Shown: piece after piece, positions 27,409-46,790 of the stretch
Layout: every line of letters starts with the position of its first letter
Position numbering within the stretch: position 1 is the stretch's first letter
Source: Balanoglossus misakiensis
Taxonomy: Eukaryota > Animalia > Hemichordata
DNA length: 64,000 bases
Direction of reading: 5' to 3'
Assembly: GCA_040954595.2 (NCBI GenBank)
Contig: CM082580.2
Span: 6,021,519 to 6,085,518, forward strand
Translations under genes and position numbers: made by a program
Notes under the pieces: generated by a model
The model's input: only the letters and a program-made list of their open reading frames with translations
Told to the model about the DNA's origin: nothing
Databases searched by the model: none

Positions 27409-30400
27409 TTACATCATCATGCCCACGTCCTGCCCTTGAAGCGCATCATCGGCCACTTTGACCATCCCGCTCAGTCGTTCCCTCATCTCTTCCGGCAATT
27501 TCCTCTTCTGCTTCAGCATAAAGTGGTGCATGAACAATCGCAGTCCGTCTCGGAGCGGCTGCAGCTTGGGCTGCGGCGCAATCTTGGCGAACACCGTCTG
27601 ACACGTCTCTCGGGGCGTTTCCAGCAGGAGATCCGACAGCAACTGCCGTAGCCACGCCAACATCGACTTGTCCAGTTCCGCGAAGTCAATCACCTGTTTT
27701 GAGAGACAATAAAAGATTATTTGAGACTCACAATCATGAGGTGGCCTGTCCAGGAATATACATGTACATGGGTTGGCTATCTGTCTAGGAAATATTCAAC
27801 AGAATTCTATGGCATTCTATTGACATCTTGGTGTGTCTATAGAAATCAAAGGTCCAAAAATATACATATCAGAAATGTAGGCAACTTGTGGAAGTAAGCT
27901 ACTAATTTCTGAGGTACTTGCCTTCAGAAGTGATAATGTCACTGATTTGGATACCAATAAATGAGCTAATAACTTGGCAAGATTGGTTGATTGTTGTGCT
28001 GTTAATTTGTCCATAACTTTGAATTTATCCCAGAGTGCAAACTGAAATGCAATCTGTAACAAAAATAAGCAAATGATAGATATTACAATGTAATTAGATT
28101 ATATTAAGTCAACACCTGAGAAATTATAAACAGCTGAGAATAAGAATTGGTGACATTTAGAGTGACTGGCTATAAAATCATGAGAATGATGAATAATAAT
28201 GTAGCACATGGGAGAGTATTTCATTTGATATCTCCCAGATCCTTACCTGAAATCTTCTGTCAAACTGACAAAACTTGCTGGCCAGATACGCATAGTACGG
28301 GTTATAGACTTTCTCCTGCAAACAGCAGTCTAAAACTACATAGACTATTTCTCGCTCCTGTCGGTCTTTCAAATTCAGATGAAGTAACTTGTTGAAAGCA
28401 TCAATGTAATCCTGTAATACAAGAGGAAAGAAGATACATTTTTGCAGTTACAAAAAAAGATTCCTTCAATTCAACTTGACTACTTTCAGTGTTTTATATC
28501 AGAAAATTTGATTTACCTCACTGGTAACAACAATTGTGAAGATGTTTCTTCTCACATCCGTGTTCATTCTCTGTTTCTTGGATAAGTCCATAATTTTCCC
28601 ACTAATCTTATCACTGACTGTAACCGTCTCTTTGCCTGGAAATAACAATTATGGTAAAAAGAGATTAATAAATTTCCCAAACAATTTCATCTGGATGCGG
28701 CTGATTGAGAGGTTGTTGTCATATGAAGATATAATACACAATCACAGTTATGCTTACCTTCTGCCTGTGGTGGCGCACTTTGCTGTCCTTCCCAGGCTGA
28801 TCCAACAACCCACCACCTCCCCTTCTCTTCGGCCGTCAGCAAATCACTGAGCGAGATGCGAAGTTGACCTTCACTGATGGAATGATCTACAGTTTGGAGA
28901 AAACATTTCCAGATTAAACGAGGAATAAGTTAGTGACGTTCTCTGTAATCTGTCCAAAGAGTGAGAAACATCTTCAAAGTGAAAAATCTCTTGTGCGGTC
29001 TAGTAATACTGAAAATATTACACCCTTTTCATACGTCTAGCGCCCCCACGCACCCGTCATGAATTTGAACCCAAAGCGAGGCCAATGGGGAAACCCCCTT
29101 GATGCGATTGGTCAAATTTGGATGTGTGAGGGCGCTATATCTCTCTCAGTCAAAGACAAGATACAAATACTGCTTGGCTACTCACCTTTCAGCAGTGCCC
29201 TTAAAATCTTCTTCAAATGCTCCAGATGCGACGGGTCATAATTTGGAATCTTTCTCAAATTATTGTTTCTCAGGGCGCCAATTGTCTCCAGCATAAATTT
29301 CACCCGTGTTCTGAAAATGAAAGGCGAAAACCGAAACGAAACCGCACTCTCACATTTTTGCATTTTGAACAAAAAACTGACAGACTGCATGTGTTGTTGG
29401 GGGTACTTACTGGTCTTTGAACTTGTCTTTGCTCTCGCTTGCTTTACTCTGGATTCCCAAAATGACCTCTTTAAGTGACAACGGATCATCTTTCCTCAGC
29501 GACAAACCAACGTCTGAAAGATAAATAATCAACAAAAATATTCTGTACTGATGGGTAACTTCTCTTTCATGAGAACCTGTCAGTCACTGACTAAAAAGTT
29601 ATTATTTATATTTACACCATAAGTTGATAGACAGAAAATTGTCTTACAATGTACAATGTAACAAAGACAAGGAAATAAGACTTACTTTTCAGAAGTAACA
29701 GCAGCATTTCAATGTCTTTCTCGGTGAAATTCTGGACAAACTTTCTGATGATGTCATAGATGAGAACACAGTGTATGATCTAGTACAGGGTGAAATAGGT
29801 AGATATTAGTTAAGTTTGTTTGATGCAATGAGTCTAGGTGCTTTGAGTGTCCTCAACTGACTGTATATAAAGAGTAAGAACTGTTATATGGCAACTTTTC
29901 CTAGTATACATTGGGAATTCACTACCACCCAAAAACAACAACAACAACAACAACAGCATTAACAAACTAACAAACAACAACAACAAAACAAACCTTGAAG
30001 TTGTAGAGGTGAGAAAACAAGAGAACCATGTTGTCACATTCTTTGCCGTCGCCATGGTTATCATTCTCATCAAACTTCTCACCAAAGGTCTTGGCAAGGA
30101 CCTGTAAAAAGTGGGCGCCTGAAATAAATCAGATGCTTCAGTCAGACAGTCAAACAAACAACCGTTAGAAATGACAAGTACGGTACAAGAACTGTTGAAA
30201 CAAAATTAAGAGTGGCATGATCTGGCGATAATTTCCTTTGAATCAACTCAGGGTACACACAGGAGCTGAACAAACATCTTGAAATTTTCTTTGTTCGTTC
30301 AGTGTTCTGCGAAACTCACCTACTTCATTACCAACATTGATGTGCAGTAGAGACAGTAACATCATGTGCTCCATGGCTAGCCTTTCTGGGGTTGCTATGG

Positions 30401-32082
30401 GAGACGCGCATGCATCAAATGTCAACCTGGTCAGAGTCTCACACATATCTGCAAGAAAAATCAATATGTACATCTCAACAACGACGGAATTGAGCATAAT
30501 GGTTTGTTTCAACTGAGAGGTCCATCAATTTGCTGTCTAGAATGATTTAAACAGTCATTGTTTCACTGAAAAGACTCCAACATCATTTTTATTTGAAAAT
30601 CGGCCTGCAGAGTTGTCAGAAGATTGTAAAACTTTGAAGCTGTGTGTATAAATATAACAAGAATACAAAGTGACGTATTCAAACATACAGATGCCACTGA
30701 TTCTGTAAGGTCCCAATGGTAACACTGACTTACCATTCCTGCTGTTTTTCAGATACAACTCCTCTATTTGTGTACTGATTGCCTGCATGTTGGATTCACT
30801 CAGTCTAAGTTTCATGGAGGAAAAAAAGGAAGACTTGTTAGCTGCGAAATTTACTGGTATACATGTGCGCGTGTGGTCGATAATGTTTGGATTAGCAATT
30901 AACCCCTGAATACTGCAAAAAATTTTTTTTCATTTTATGGATTTTGGCAATGTATTCTCTGTGAAATTATAATCACTTTCAATGTTGAGATTTGTGGCAA
31001 CATTCATTCTTTAATTTTTTGAACACATTTCCTGAGATAAAAATCCAGGCAACATTTAGATGTTTAAATCACACCGAAAGAAAGACATCAAATGTTCAAC
31101 TTCAGCAGATTCAAACAAGATTACCTGTTGAGAAGACCTTTAACTTGTCTACTCAGCCTTTCCAGCTTTTGTTTGTTTTCATCCTTTGCCATCAGTTTCG
31201 CTCTCTGCTGCGGTGGCACGTACGTCTCTGAAGACTTCTCCTCTATGCCTCCAATTACTCTACCGTAGATGTCATATTGCACTTTCTCCTTTTTATCTTT
31301 CTTCCTCTTTTTTTTCTTGGAGTTGTCGTCTTGTGTATCCTGTTCACCTTCATTGATACTTTCATCGAGTTCATCATCAGTAGCCGATTTTCCTCCTTCC
31401 TCTGCAGTTTTTAATTTTTTCCTGATTGATTTTTCTTTGTCAGTGTCTTCGAATTCCTTCCTCTTCTTGGAAAGATCTTTACTAGTTCTCTTATCTGGCT
31501 TCTGCTCCGTCAAAATGACATCATCGGAATCTGAATCATCGCAGAAATCACTCTGCTCCTCCGCATCTTCTGACATTTCGTCTTTGTCATCATCATCCTC
31601 TTCCTCCTCCTCATCATCATCGTCATCACTTCCATGAACATCCTCATCAAACACATCACCTGTGACTGAAAGTTCCTTCTCACTTTCGACATCATCAACA
31701 TGCTCTCTGTCATCATCATCATCATCATCATTATCATCATTGTCGTCGTCGACTTCATCATCATCATCACTGCCATCTTTTTTCATCCTTCCCTCACCAG
31801 AAACCAAAGCATCATCTTCATCATCCAGTTCCTGGTCGCTTCCGCTCTCATCGTCATCGAAGATGTTCTGGCTGCTGTAATCAACCAGGGATGCTCTGTT
31901 TTCCGAGTCGCAAAATTCAAGTAAATCTGGCCGCAGTGGTTAAAGGAAATGCCAACCAATGCAAATGGTAACCATGGGACAATGTCATCACGGCATCAGT
32001 TGAATGTGTGTGCATCACCATACACAATCGTGGCGAGCTCGTCAGAGTCATGTCAAACAAAATTATAATAAAGTACATTTGT

Positions 32083-32117
<35 letters not shown>

Positions 32118-35100
32118 GTCGTCGTCATACATCTCCCATGTGCTTTAAAAATTATTCCCCTTGTCATTAGACCTAGTTCAATTCCATTCAACTCCCTAGG
32201 GAACAAAAAAACAGCCCACATGTGCAGCCCTTATATCAGCGCAGCAGAGCTAAACATACATATCTCTGTCCAACCAGGTATCCATCATTACTGATTGGGG
32301 AGATGCAATGAGAAGTAAAGTGGCTTGCCAACAGACACAACACCAATGCCGGGGCTTGAACCCACGATCCTCCTATCATGGGTCCACTGCTCTAACCACT
32401 GGACTATGATACCTTCTAACATACAATCAGGGGCACTATATTCCTATCTGATGAGACTATTGGTACATGCACGCATGAAATATACAAGTACAATGTACAT
32501 CCATCAAGTATATTTTGTGTCGTGTCGATCAATTCACCCCTTGGCCTTGTGTATATAGGCAGAGATTAACACCTTTGGACAAATAGCGAACCAAATTTAA
32601 AAGCAAATGACCAAATACATATGACAGAAGTTACCATAAAGCAATGCATTATACTGAAAACACAGAGGAACCCAAGTACTAAAATTTACTTTGAGTAATA
32701 GACAAGCAGTTCCTGAGATTTTTTTTCTCTCCAAAGCTGACAAATCTAGCCTGTGATCAATCACACGTACTTGTTTGACAGGTCTACACGCTTCAACTTT
32801 TTGAAGACATAAAATCTCCAGATACTGCCAGTCACAATTTTTAGATCATATGCAATTTTGAGCTGTAACCACCAGACTGGCAGTCATTGCATATTTCATA
32901 ATTAAAACAGTAAACAGTCTTATTTACACCAGAATTAAACAAAACTGCAAAACATTCAGATGTGCTGATGAACGCCACATGACTTATTTTAGACTTTGGT
33001 GAAAATACTGAATATTTCACATTTGGTTTACCTTCATCTTTTCCTTTTTGTTCCTTTTTATTTTTGGCGTTCAGCCAAATGTCTGTGACAATATAATGCA
33101 TGACTTTGCAACCGAATAATGAGAGTACCATGCAGTGATGATAAACTTTGACCTTTATGCAAACAGAACACCACATTCCAAACTGAAATTTCTGCCTTAA
33201 TTGTCAGATATCTATTATTTATCCAGTGGTCGATTTTTGTATAATTTGTCATTTGTCAACCTCAAAATGAAACAAATACATGTACATTGTACCAGGCATG
33301 AAGGAAGTTGGGATGAACAAATACACTTCAATACAGGGCAAAGGAATTTTTCAATCATTATTTTTTTACAGATAAATTTTATGGTCTTTTTTTCAGATGG
33401 CACAATCATAATATTCTTTTACAGATGGTCATTTTATAAACAAAATGACATAAAATTGACCAAATCAACACCATTCTCCTTAGGGGAAAAACTTAAATTG
33501 TTGATTTACTTTTAGTAATTTGTGACATGAAATCAGATCAATAAATAACTCATATTTAACAATATTAAAACCTGCCCACAACTCTGACCACTGACGCAGA
33601 TTGGACCATCAAAGCTTACTCATGCCTCAGTCAACATCCCATGTTACCAATAACCTAGCTGCAAATGATTGTAAGGGCGTTGCTTCTTTTGAATGACACT
33701 GTCCATAACCCAAATAATACAAAAGAATGCCAAATTTACCGTGCAACTTTCTGATGCTAATTGCCCGTTCAAAGAGCATCACCCTTTACACCACTGTTAA
33801 CACACAATCTTCTGATCTGATTCCAGAAATTGAAATGTCCAACACTAGAATTTTACTTGGCATTTTTAACGGAAGGAGACCAATTTTGAGTGAAATTGAT
33901 GCATCAGAGTTTTCATTCTCTAGGATGTGATCAGAAGATTGTCTGATTTTACCAGTGGTAATGGTCAAACTCATTCAACTGTGGGTGCTGCCAATCAGAA
34001 AGCCCCTTGCCTACTGGGGGCTGCACCGTACCAGTTTGCGGATAACATCAATCAAAAGAAGCAACACCCCCCTACAGATGGCAATGACCAACATTGTCAT
34101 GACACAATCAGACGTCTTTAGTCAGTGGGATTCGAGGTTCTGCTAAAAAACTGTTTGGTTGTCTCAACTAGTCAAGAACACCTACAAAACAATGGCTGCA
34201 GCCAAAGAAGGCAAAATTCTGCAAGAAATCAGTGAAGATTTCCTGTGTTGTACCATCTGCCTGGAGGAGTTCAAGAAACCTAAAATTCTACCATGTCTGC
34301 ACACGTTCTGTGAGCAGTGTCTAGTCACTCTGGTTGAAACGGCCAGCTCCCTCACCTGTCCCGAATGCAGAGAGCAGTATCAGATTCCGGGTGGCAAAAT
34401 TTCAACCTTGAAAAACAACTTCTTCATGGCAAACTTGGTGGGAATTTTCCAGCAAAGACTCAACTCCATGCAGGGAGCAGCAGAGATCAGGTGTGAAGGT
34501 TGCCTAGAGAATACAGCCACTCACAGGTGCGTAGAGTGTAAGAACTATCTCTGCAATATCTGTGTCCGGGCACACAGAAATCTGCAGTTTACACGGACAC
34601 ATAGACTCGTGACCATTGAAGAGTACGAAACGACACTGTCCACCAATCCAGAAACATTGCCAGTTGTAGAATACTGCAGTGTCCACAATGACAACAAAGT
34701 TGAATTCTACTGTGAAACTTGTCAGGTGCCTGTCTGTTCCAACTGTACAATTGTCAAACACCGCATACCAGAACATGTACACAGAGACTTGACCAACGCG
34801 GCAGACGAGTACCTGAGAGACCTGAAAGCCATGGTTGACAAACTGAAAGTGAAAGAACAGGACGTTGAAAAGAACACAGCCCTAGCCAAGTGGATATGCA
34901 GTGATCTCACACACAAGCACAAGAGAGAAGTAAAGCAAATCAGAATGAAAACCGAAGAACTCATCCACAAAATAAAGAGGGAAGAGCAGAGACTGGTAGG
35001 TGAGCTGAGTGAAAATTACACAACCAAAACAAAAACAGCAGCTGCGAACCTTGACGAGATGGAATTAAAACATGGTACCATTAAGAGCACGCGCACTTAT

Positions 35101-38100
35101 GTTGAAACACTGATGCATCATGGGAATTCTGCTCAGCTGCTTGCTACTAAGGCAGACGCTGAACATCGCATCAAGCAACTTATCGCCATGGAGACCAAAC
35201 CGAGGACACTCTATGAGGAAGTTGTATTTAAACCAGGTGATGAGTTTAATGAGCATGGAATTCTGGGGTTATTGACATCTGATGTCTGCATTTCGAAGTG
35301 TACAGTTGAAAACATTCCAAAACAACTCTTGAAGGGCGACTCTGCACACCTGCTGATCACAACCAGAGATTCCACGGGAAAACAAGTCATCCCAAAACAA
35401 CCGGTGAAAGCCAAGGTAAGAAAGCCTGATGCATCATGGGAAGACCTACAAGCATCAGACAACGGAGACGGTACACACAGAGTGACAATGGTTGGACATG
35501 TGGATGGTAAATATCATGTTACCATGACAATAGGGGATCAATCAATACCAGGCACTCCTGTCAGCACATCCGTCATCAAAGTATTGACTATTGGCAGCAG
35601 AGGAAATGCTGTGGGACAGTACAACAACCCATGGGGGGTGGCCGTAAATAAAAACAAAGACATTGTAACGGCCGACACCAGAAACAATAGACTGCAAATA
35701 ACCACAAGAGATGGCAGAGTTAAGAAAATCGTGCAATTCACACAGTTTAGGAAGTCTTTCACACCATTTGACATAGCTGTGTCAAGCGACAATACATACT
35801 ACAGTTTAGATGTCAACAACAAGCAAGTAGCTGTCAGTGATGACATCATCAGGTACTTTGGACAGAATGAGTTGAAAAATGCATGGGGGATATCTATCAG
35901 CCCTGTCAATGACAATGTCTACGTGACAGACAGGGACGGGGAATGTATCAAGATTTATACGCAGTATGGCAAGTACATCAGGTCATTTGGGTCAGGGGGT
36001 AAAGGTCAGGGGCAATTCTCTGGGATCTGGGGGATAGTAGTGGGCGGTAACGGGTTAGTGTTTGTAGCCGACTACTACAACCGGCGCATCCAGGTGTTCA
36101 GTTCAGATGACAAGTATTTGTATAGCTTCGCTTGTCAGAGTGGCGACAGGCTGCGGTTCCCAAAGGGCCTGGCCGTTGAAAACGACAAATATGTGTATGT
36201 TACCACTGACTACCCTTATTGCGTGCTGAAATTTGAGAGCAGTGGTAAATTTGTCTGTCGCATTGACAGCGATGAAGACGAGCTGCTCTGTCCCGTTGGT
36301 ATCGCACTTACAGACGATGAGCCTTGCAAGGTGGTTGTCGCAGAATCCGACAACCACTGCATCAGAGTGTTTGCACAGTGACATTAGAATTTGGCGGAGT
36401 GAAGCAGAACACCACAAAGTTAAAGACTGTCATTCCACAAGTGATGTACCGGTACTTCCTCGTACATAGTTAAAGCCCCTTGTTTGGCTTCCAATGAATA
36501 TAAACAATTGACCTTTGATCAAGCTTACTGCATTAAGTTGTAATATACAGCCTAATTGTTTACACATGTATTCATTTCCTGGTATCATATCTAAGTGCAG
36601 ACTGCGCCATGTTATTAGAATTTTTGGCTTCTGACAATTTTTGTGTGTGTAAACTATATAGTTTGTATCTTGTATGTTTTCTTTTGTATTTGAGATCAGC
36701 ATTATTCTGTATGCATTCAGCCCCATAGACATATTTGACAATTTCTGTCACATTGTGATCAAATTCGGGGTTGGGGTATGGGATGGGGCTACATGTATTT
36801 CCTATTGTTGCCAATACATACACACATTGCCATGTGGAGTATTTTTTTCAGCAATGTGGTCTAATCTGGAGAGTTCAAAATTCATCCACTGAAGGGGTTA
36901 AATGGGTTCCAGAGGGGCTGTCAGGTGATCATTTTCATGACAAATTTTCTTTGATTTCAGCAAAAATGACTTGTACTTTACAAAGAAAACTTTGAACCAG
37001 CTGTCATTGGCAAAGACTTGATATCAACACGTCAATATTTGTTATAAAAATCTGATTTTGATTACAATATCAAAAAGTATTTTCCAGTGACACAGCAGCA
37101 CTGATAATTTTCAAATTCAAGGATACCATCCAACCCTTCATCTCTGAATGCAGCCGGTAGTTTGTTTCTTTTCCTCTTGTCCAGTTTCAGCTTCTTTCCA
37201 AGCTGGTTGATCAAGCGGTCTTCCTCTTCATTGGCTTTCCTTAGTTTCTCTATCTCGTTTTCTTTGGCAGACTGTAATGAAAAAGTTACAGATCATATAC
37301 ATATAGTTGCAACTTTGTCAGACTCTTTTTGACAGAAAAAAAAGATGAATACTTGTTCTTTACACTCTAATTTCTTTGTCAATACAGGATTTGTTTTCAT
37401 TTATAATTTATCTTGATGTATTTCTTCTTTCTTTGATAATACAGAATATGCTATGTGTTTTTATTTGCTGCATTTCAAATTCATGTATTTTTTCCTCATG
37501 GCCACCCAGTGAAAAATCGGTGAGACTGTGACTGCCTCACTTCCCATGGTAACTGTAGCTAAATTTGTATAGGTGACTGTATATACCATGACGACTAGAG
37601 TAATTACAATATTTGTCCACAATACCTTTTTGACTGTCTTCTTTTTCTCCTTTGGTTTACTTTTCACTTCTTTCTTCTGCTCTCTTTCTTTCCCTTTGCT
37701 TTTCACTGGTGATGATGTGGGTTTTATCTCCTTTGGTTCTGGCTCAACTTCTGGTTTTGGCTGTTAGATATGGAGGTGGTAAACTTATTATAAACATTCA
37801 AGAAAAGCATCTTGATTTCGATCTAAATAGTAAATAGCATATTATGTCACTTCATTTTTATCAAATGTGTGACAAATTAACAGTAGATGTCAAAACTCAC
37901 CCTTCTGCGATTATAAAATTCCAATTTTTTGGCCTTCTTCAATTTCCTGGCCTCTTTCCTCCTTTGTTTTCTTGAAATCTGAGGCACGCGTGGTATTACT
38001 GTTTCGTCCGCATCTTTCTTGCTGTGTTTTTCACTCAACTTTTCAACCTCCAATCTCACTTTCTTCAGGTGCGACCTTCCGGATCCCTTTTTCTTCGCCT

Positions 38101-38116
38101 GTTGTTTTCTTTTCAT
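27409..38116 (-). CDS. NOM1: Nucleolar MIF4G domain-containing protein 1 (Sgd1 homolog), ~924 aa
   Basis: Exons (minus): 38116-37901, 37760-37626, 37271-37127, 31926-31125, 30804-30734, 30448-30320, 30118-29994, 29779-29686, 29513-29411, 29310-29186, 28886-28758, 28635-28517, 28411-28247, 28053-27922, 27693-27409; 2775 nt, phases consistent. Motifs: YVPPQQR, VKGLLNRLSESN (MIF4G), RVKFMLETI, GRWWVVGSAW, RMNTDVRRNIF, QEKVYNPYYAYLA (MA3). Start codon uncertain; an acceptor at 38147 suggests an upstream UTR exon. Confidence 0.92.
27694..27921 (-). other. GC-AG intron (last intron of NOM1)
   Basis: Donor AAG|GCAAGT and acceptor ACAG|GTG join LSLLK to VIDFAELDK in phase 0. Confidence 0.75.
29932..29992. 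repeat. Imperfect (CAA)n microsatellite
   Basis: Runs of AAC/CAA next to the NOM1 exon 7 donor. Confidence 0.8.
32086..32409 (-). mobile_element. tRNA-derived SINE with a (GAC/GAT)n simple-repeat tail
   Basis: Minus strand: A box TAGTCCAGTGG (32406-32396), B box GGTTCAAGCCC (32362-32352), then a SINE-like body TGTTGTGTCTGTTGGCAAGCCACTTTAC...CCCTAGGGAGTTGA, ending in a GAC/GAT microsatellite. Confidence 0.7.
34192..36381 (+). CDS. TRIM-NHL E3 ubiquitin ligase (RING-Bbox1-Bbox2-coiled coil-filamin-NHL; TRIM2/3/71-like), intronless CDS, 729 aa
   Basis: Single uninterrupted ORF from ATG 34192 (ACAATGG). RING CTIC...PCLHTFCEQC...CPEC; B-boxes CEGC...CVECKNYLC and CSVH...YCETCQVPVC; filamin DNGDGTHRVT; NHL repeats GQYNNPWGVAV, GQFSGIWGIVV, FPKGLAV, PVGIAL. 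Confidence 0.93.
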   Translation: MAAAKEGKILQEISEDFLCCTICLEEFKKPKILPCLHTFCEQCLVTLVETASSLTCPECREQYQIPGGKISTLKNNFFMANLVGIFQQRLNSMQGAAEIRCEGCLENTATHRCVECKNYLCNICVRAHRNLQFTRTHRLVTIEEYETTLSTNPETLPVVEYCSVHNDNKVEFYCETCQVPVCSNCTIVKHRIPEHVHRDLTNAADEYLRDLKAMVDKLKVKEQDVEKNTALAKWICSDLTHKHKREVKQIRMKTEELIHKIKREEQRLVGELSENYTTKTKTAAANLDEMELKHGTIKSTRTYVETLMHHGNSAQLLATKADAEHRIKQLIAMETKPRTLYEEVVFKPGDEFNEHGILGLLTSDVCISKCTVENIPKQLLKGDSAHLLITTRDSTGKQVIPKQPVKAKVRKPDASWEDLQASDNGDGTHRVTMVGHVDGKYHVTMTIGDQSIPGTPVSTSVIKVLTIGSRGNAVGQYNNPWGVAVNKNKDIVTADTRNNRLQITTRDGRVKKIVQFTQFRKSFTPFDIAVSSDNTYYSLDVNNKQVAVSDDIIRYFGQNELKNAWGISISPVNDNVYVTDRDGECIKIYTQYGKYIRSFGSGGKGQGQFSGIWGIVVGGNGLVFVADYYNRRIQVFSSDDKYLYSFACQSGDRLRFPKGLAVENDKYVYVTTDYPYCVLKFESSGKFVCRIDSDEDELLCPVGIALTDDEPCKVVVAESDNHCIRVFAQ
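37501..37587. mobile_element. Partial, inverted copy of the MITE at 61883-62075
   Basis: GCCACCCAGTGAAAAATC...CCATGGTAACTGTAGCTAAATT...GGTGACTGTATA matches the reverse complement of 61888-61970. Confidence 0.6.
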
Positions 38117-39447
38117 TTTTTTTTTTATTTGTCTGTTGCCCAACGACTGAAAGAGTCGACTCTAGGCTGCTGTGAAAAGTTACAAATTGTTGGTGAATAG
38201 GCTAGCTTACTTACTGTACCTTACGGCACTTTCTGATAGTGTTGCTGTGTTTAGAGACATCCAGGTATGTACATTTACCATACGGTATAATGTTTTGTTA
38301 TAGATAAATACGGTATCACGACACAGTCAGTCACTCAACACATGACTGTGATCAGGGCCTTACCACTGTGTGCACTGAGAAACCCGTCGCTCGAGGCGCT
38401 CGTCATCGACGGGTTTCTTGGGCACTGCACTGTGGTACAGCTGGGCTCAATGATCCAGCACTCGTGTACTTTGTTTACTTCGCGTTGCAAATCAAGATTC
38501 CATTAAATTCACACGGCTGGGGTAGCCTGCAGTGTGATTCCGATGTCTGTACTAGACATACCCAGTACCTGGTTGTGTGGTACCTGTAGTGTACAAGCCT
38601 GCAGAGTATGTAGCTCTGTTTTTGTCGTCTGCTCACCCCCAAAACCAACAACAGGCAAAACCTCGAGCTACTGAACTTAAGCTCAGTTTCGGCACATCGG
38701 TTAACGTTACAAAAGTACCACTTACTTTGTCGTCAATGAAAAGACTTGGCACTATCGTTCATCACATGTACATATACACACTCAACTCTTGCGACACATG
38801 TCGCATGTGTCGTCTGTCACGGTAGGAAAGATGACAATCAGATTCGCAAGTGGAATATAATCTGAATCGGAAGATACTTGTTGCGAATTAATGAGGGTAT
38901 GATAGGAATTTTTTTCTCTTGTTAGGGTATTATTACTTAACGGAGTATTTGCAAGTAACAGTAGGGGTTTATATAATTCCAAATAAGCCAGTATAAAGCA
39001 TCAAATTTATAATTTGTCTCCCCGAATTTTCGGAATGTGAACCTGGTGCCAACTTGCCCATTTCCTCTACTGCCATCTAGTGGCCATCATTAGATAAAGT
39101 GTTGGATTTCGCTTCTATTTCGGATTTCTATCGGACTCAAAACAGATGTGCGTTTTTCTGTCGGATCGAAGACTAACTTATTGCAAAACATGTGATTTTT
39201 ATCAAAAAATATGTGCGAAATCAATCAGTCGATCAATCGACCAGTCAAACATAACTTGAGGAAATTTTCAACCCATTCAATGAGATCCGAAAGCATTCAG
39301 AATCCAGAGCAAGTCGAAACATACTGCTGAACAACACTTTCTGGAACATGAAGTACTGCTGGCGTGTATTTGTCTGATCAGCGCTCATTGACTCATAATC
39401 AAAAGAACCAGTCAACTAAAGTAAAAGGGATAAACATTTCCCACGCC

Positions 39448-46790
<7,343 letters not shown>

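Larger units (their letters stand above)
31927..37126 (-). other. U12-type (minor spliceosome) GT-AG intron of NOM1, 5200 nt, hosting the TRIM gene
   Basis: 5' site GTATCCTTG (37126-37118). Branch-like TTTCCTTTAAC (31949-31939) ending 12 nt before CCAG|. No polypyrimidine tract. The phase-1 join gives DEGLD-D-LLEFC in frame. Confidence 0.82.

Noticed and set aside
32340-32409. tRNA gene
   Set aside because: A and B boxes are present, but I see no convincing acceptor stem and the sequence continues into a SINE-like body.
33826-33835. GAAATTGAAA IRF/ISRE-like site upstream of the TRIM gene
   Set aside because: A single short AT-rich match, likely at background frequency; the TRIM start site is unknown.
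34159-34191. TTG-initiated N-terminal extension of the TRIM ORF
   Set aside because: ATG 34192 has good context and gives a typical N-terminus before the RING.
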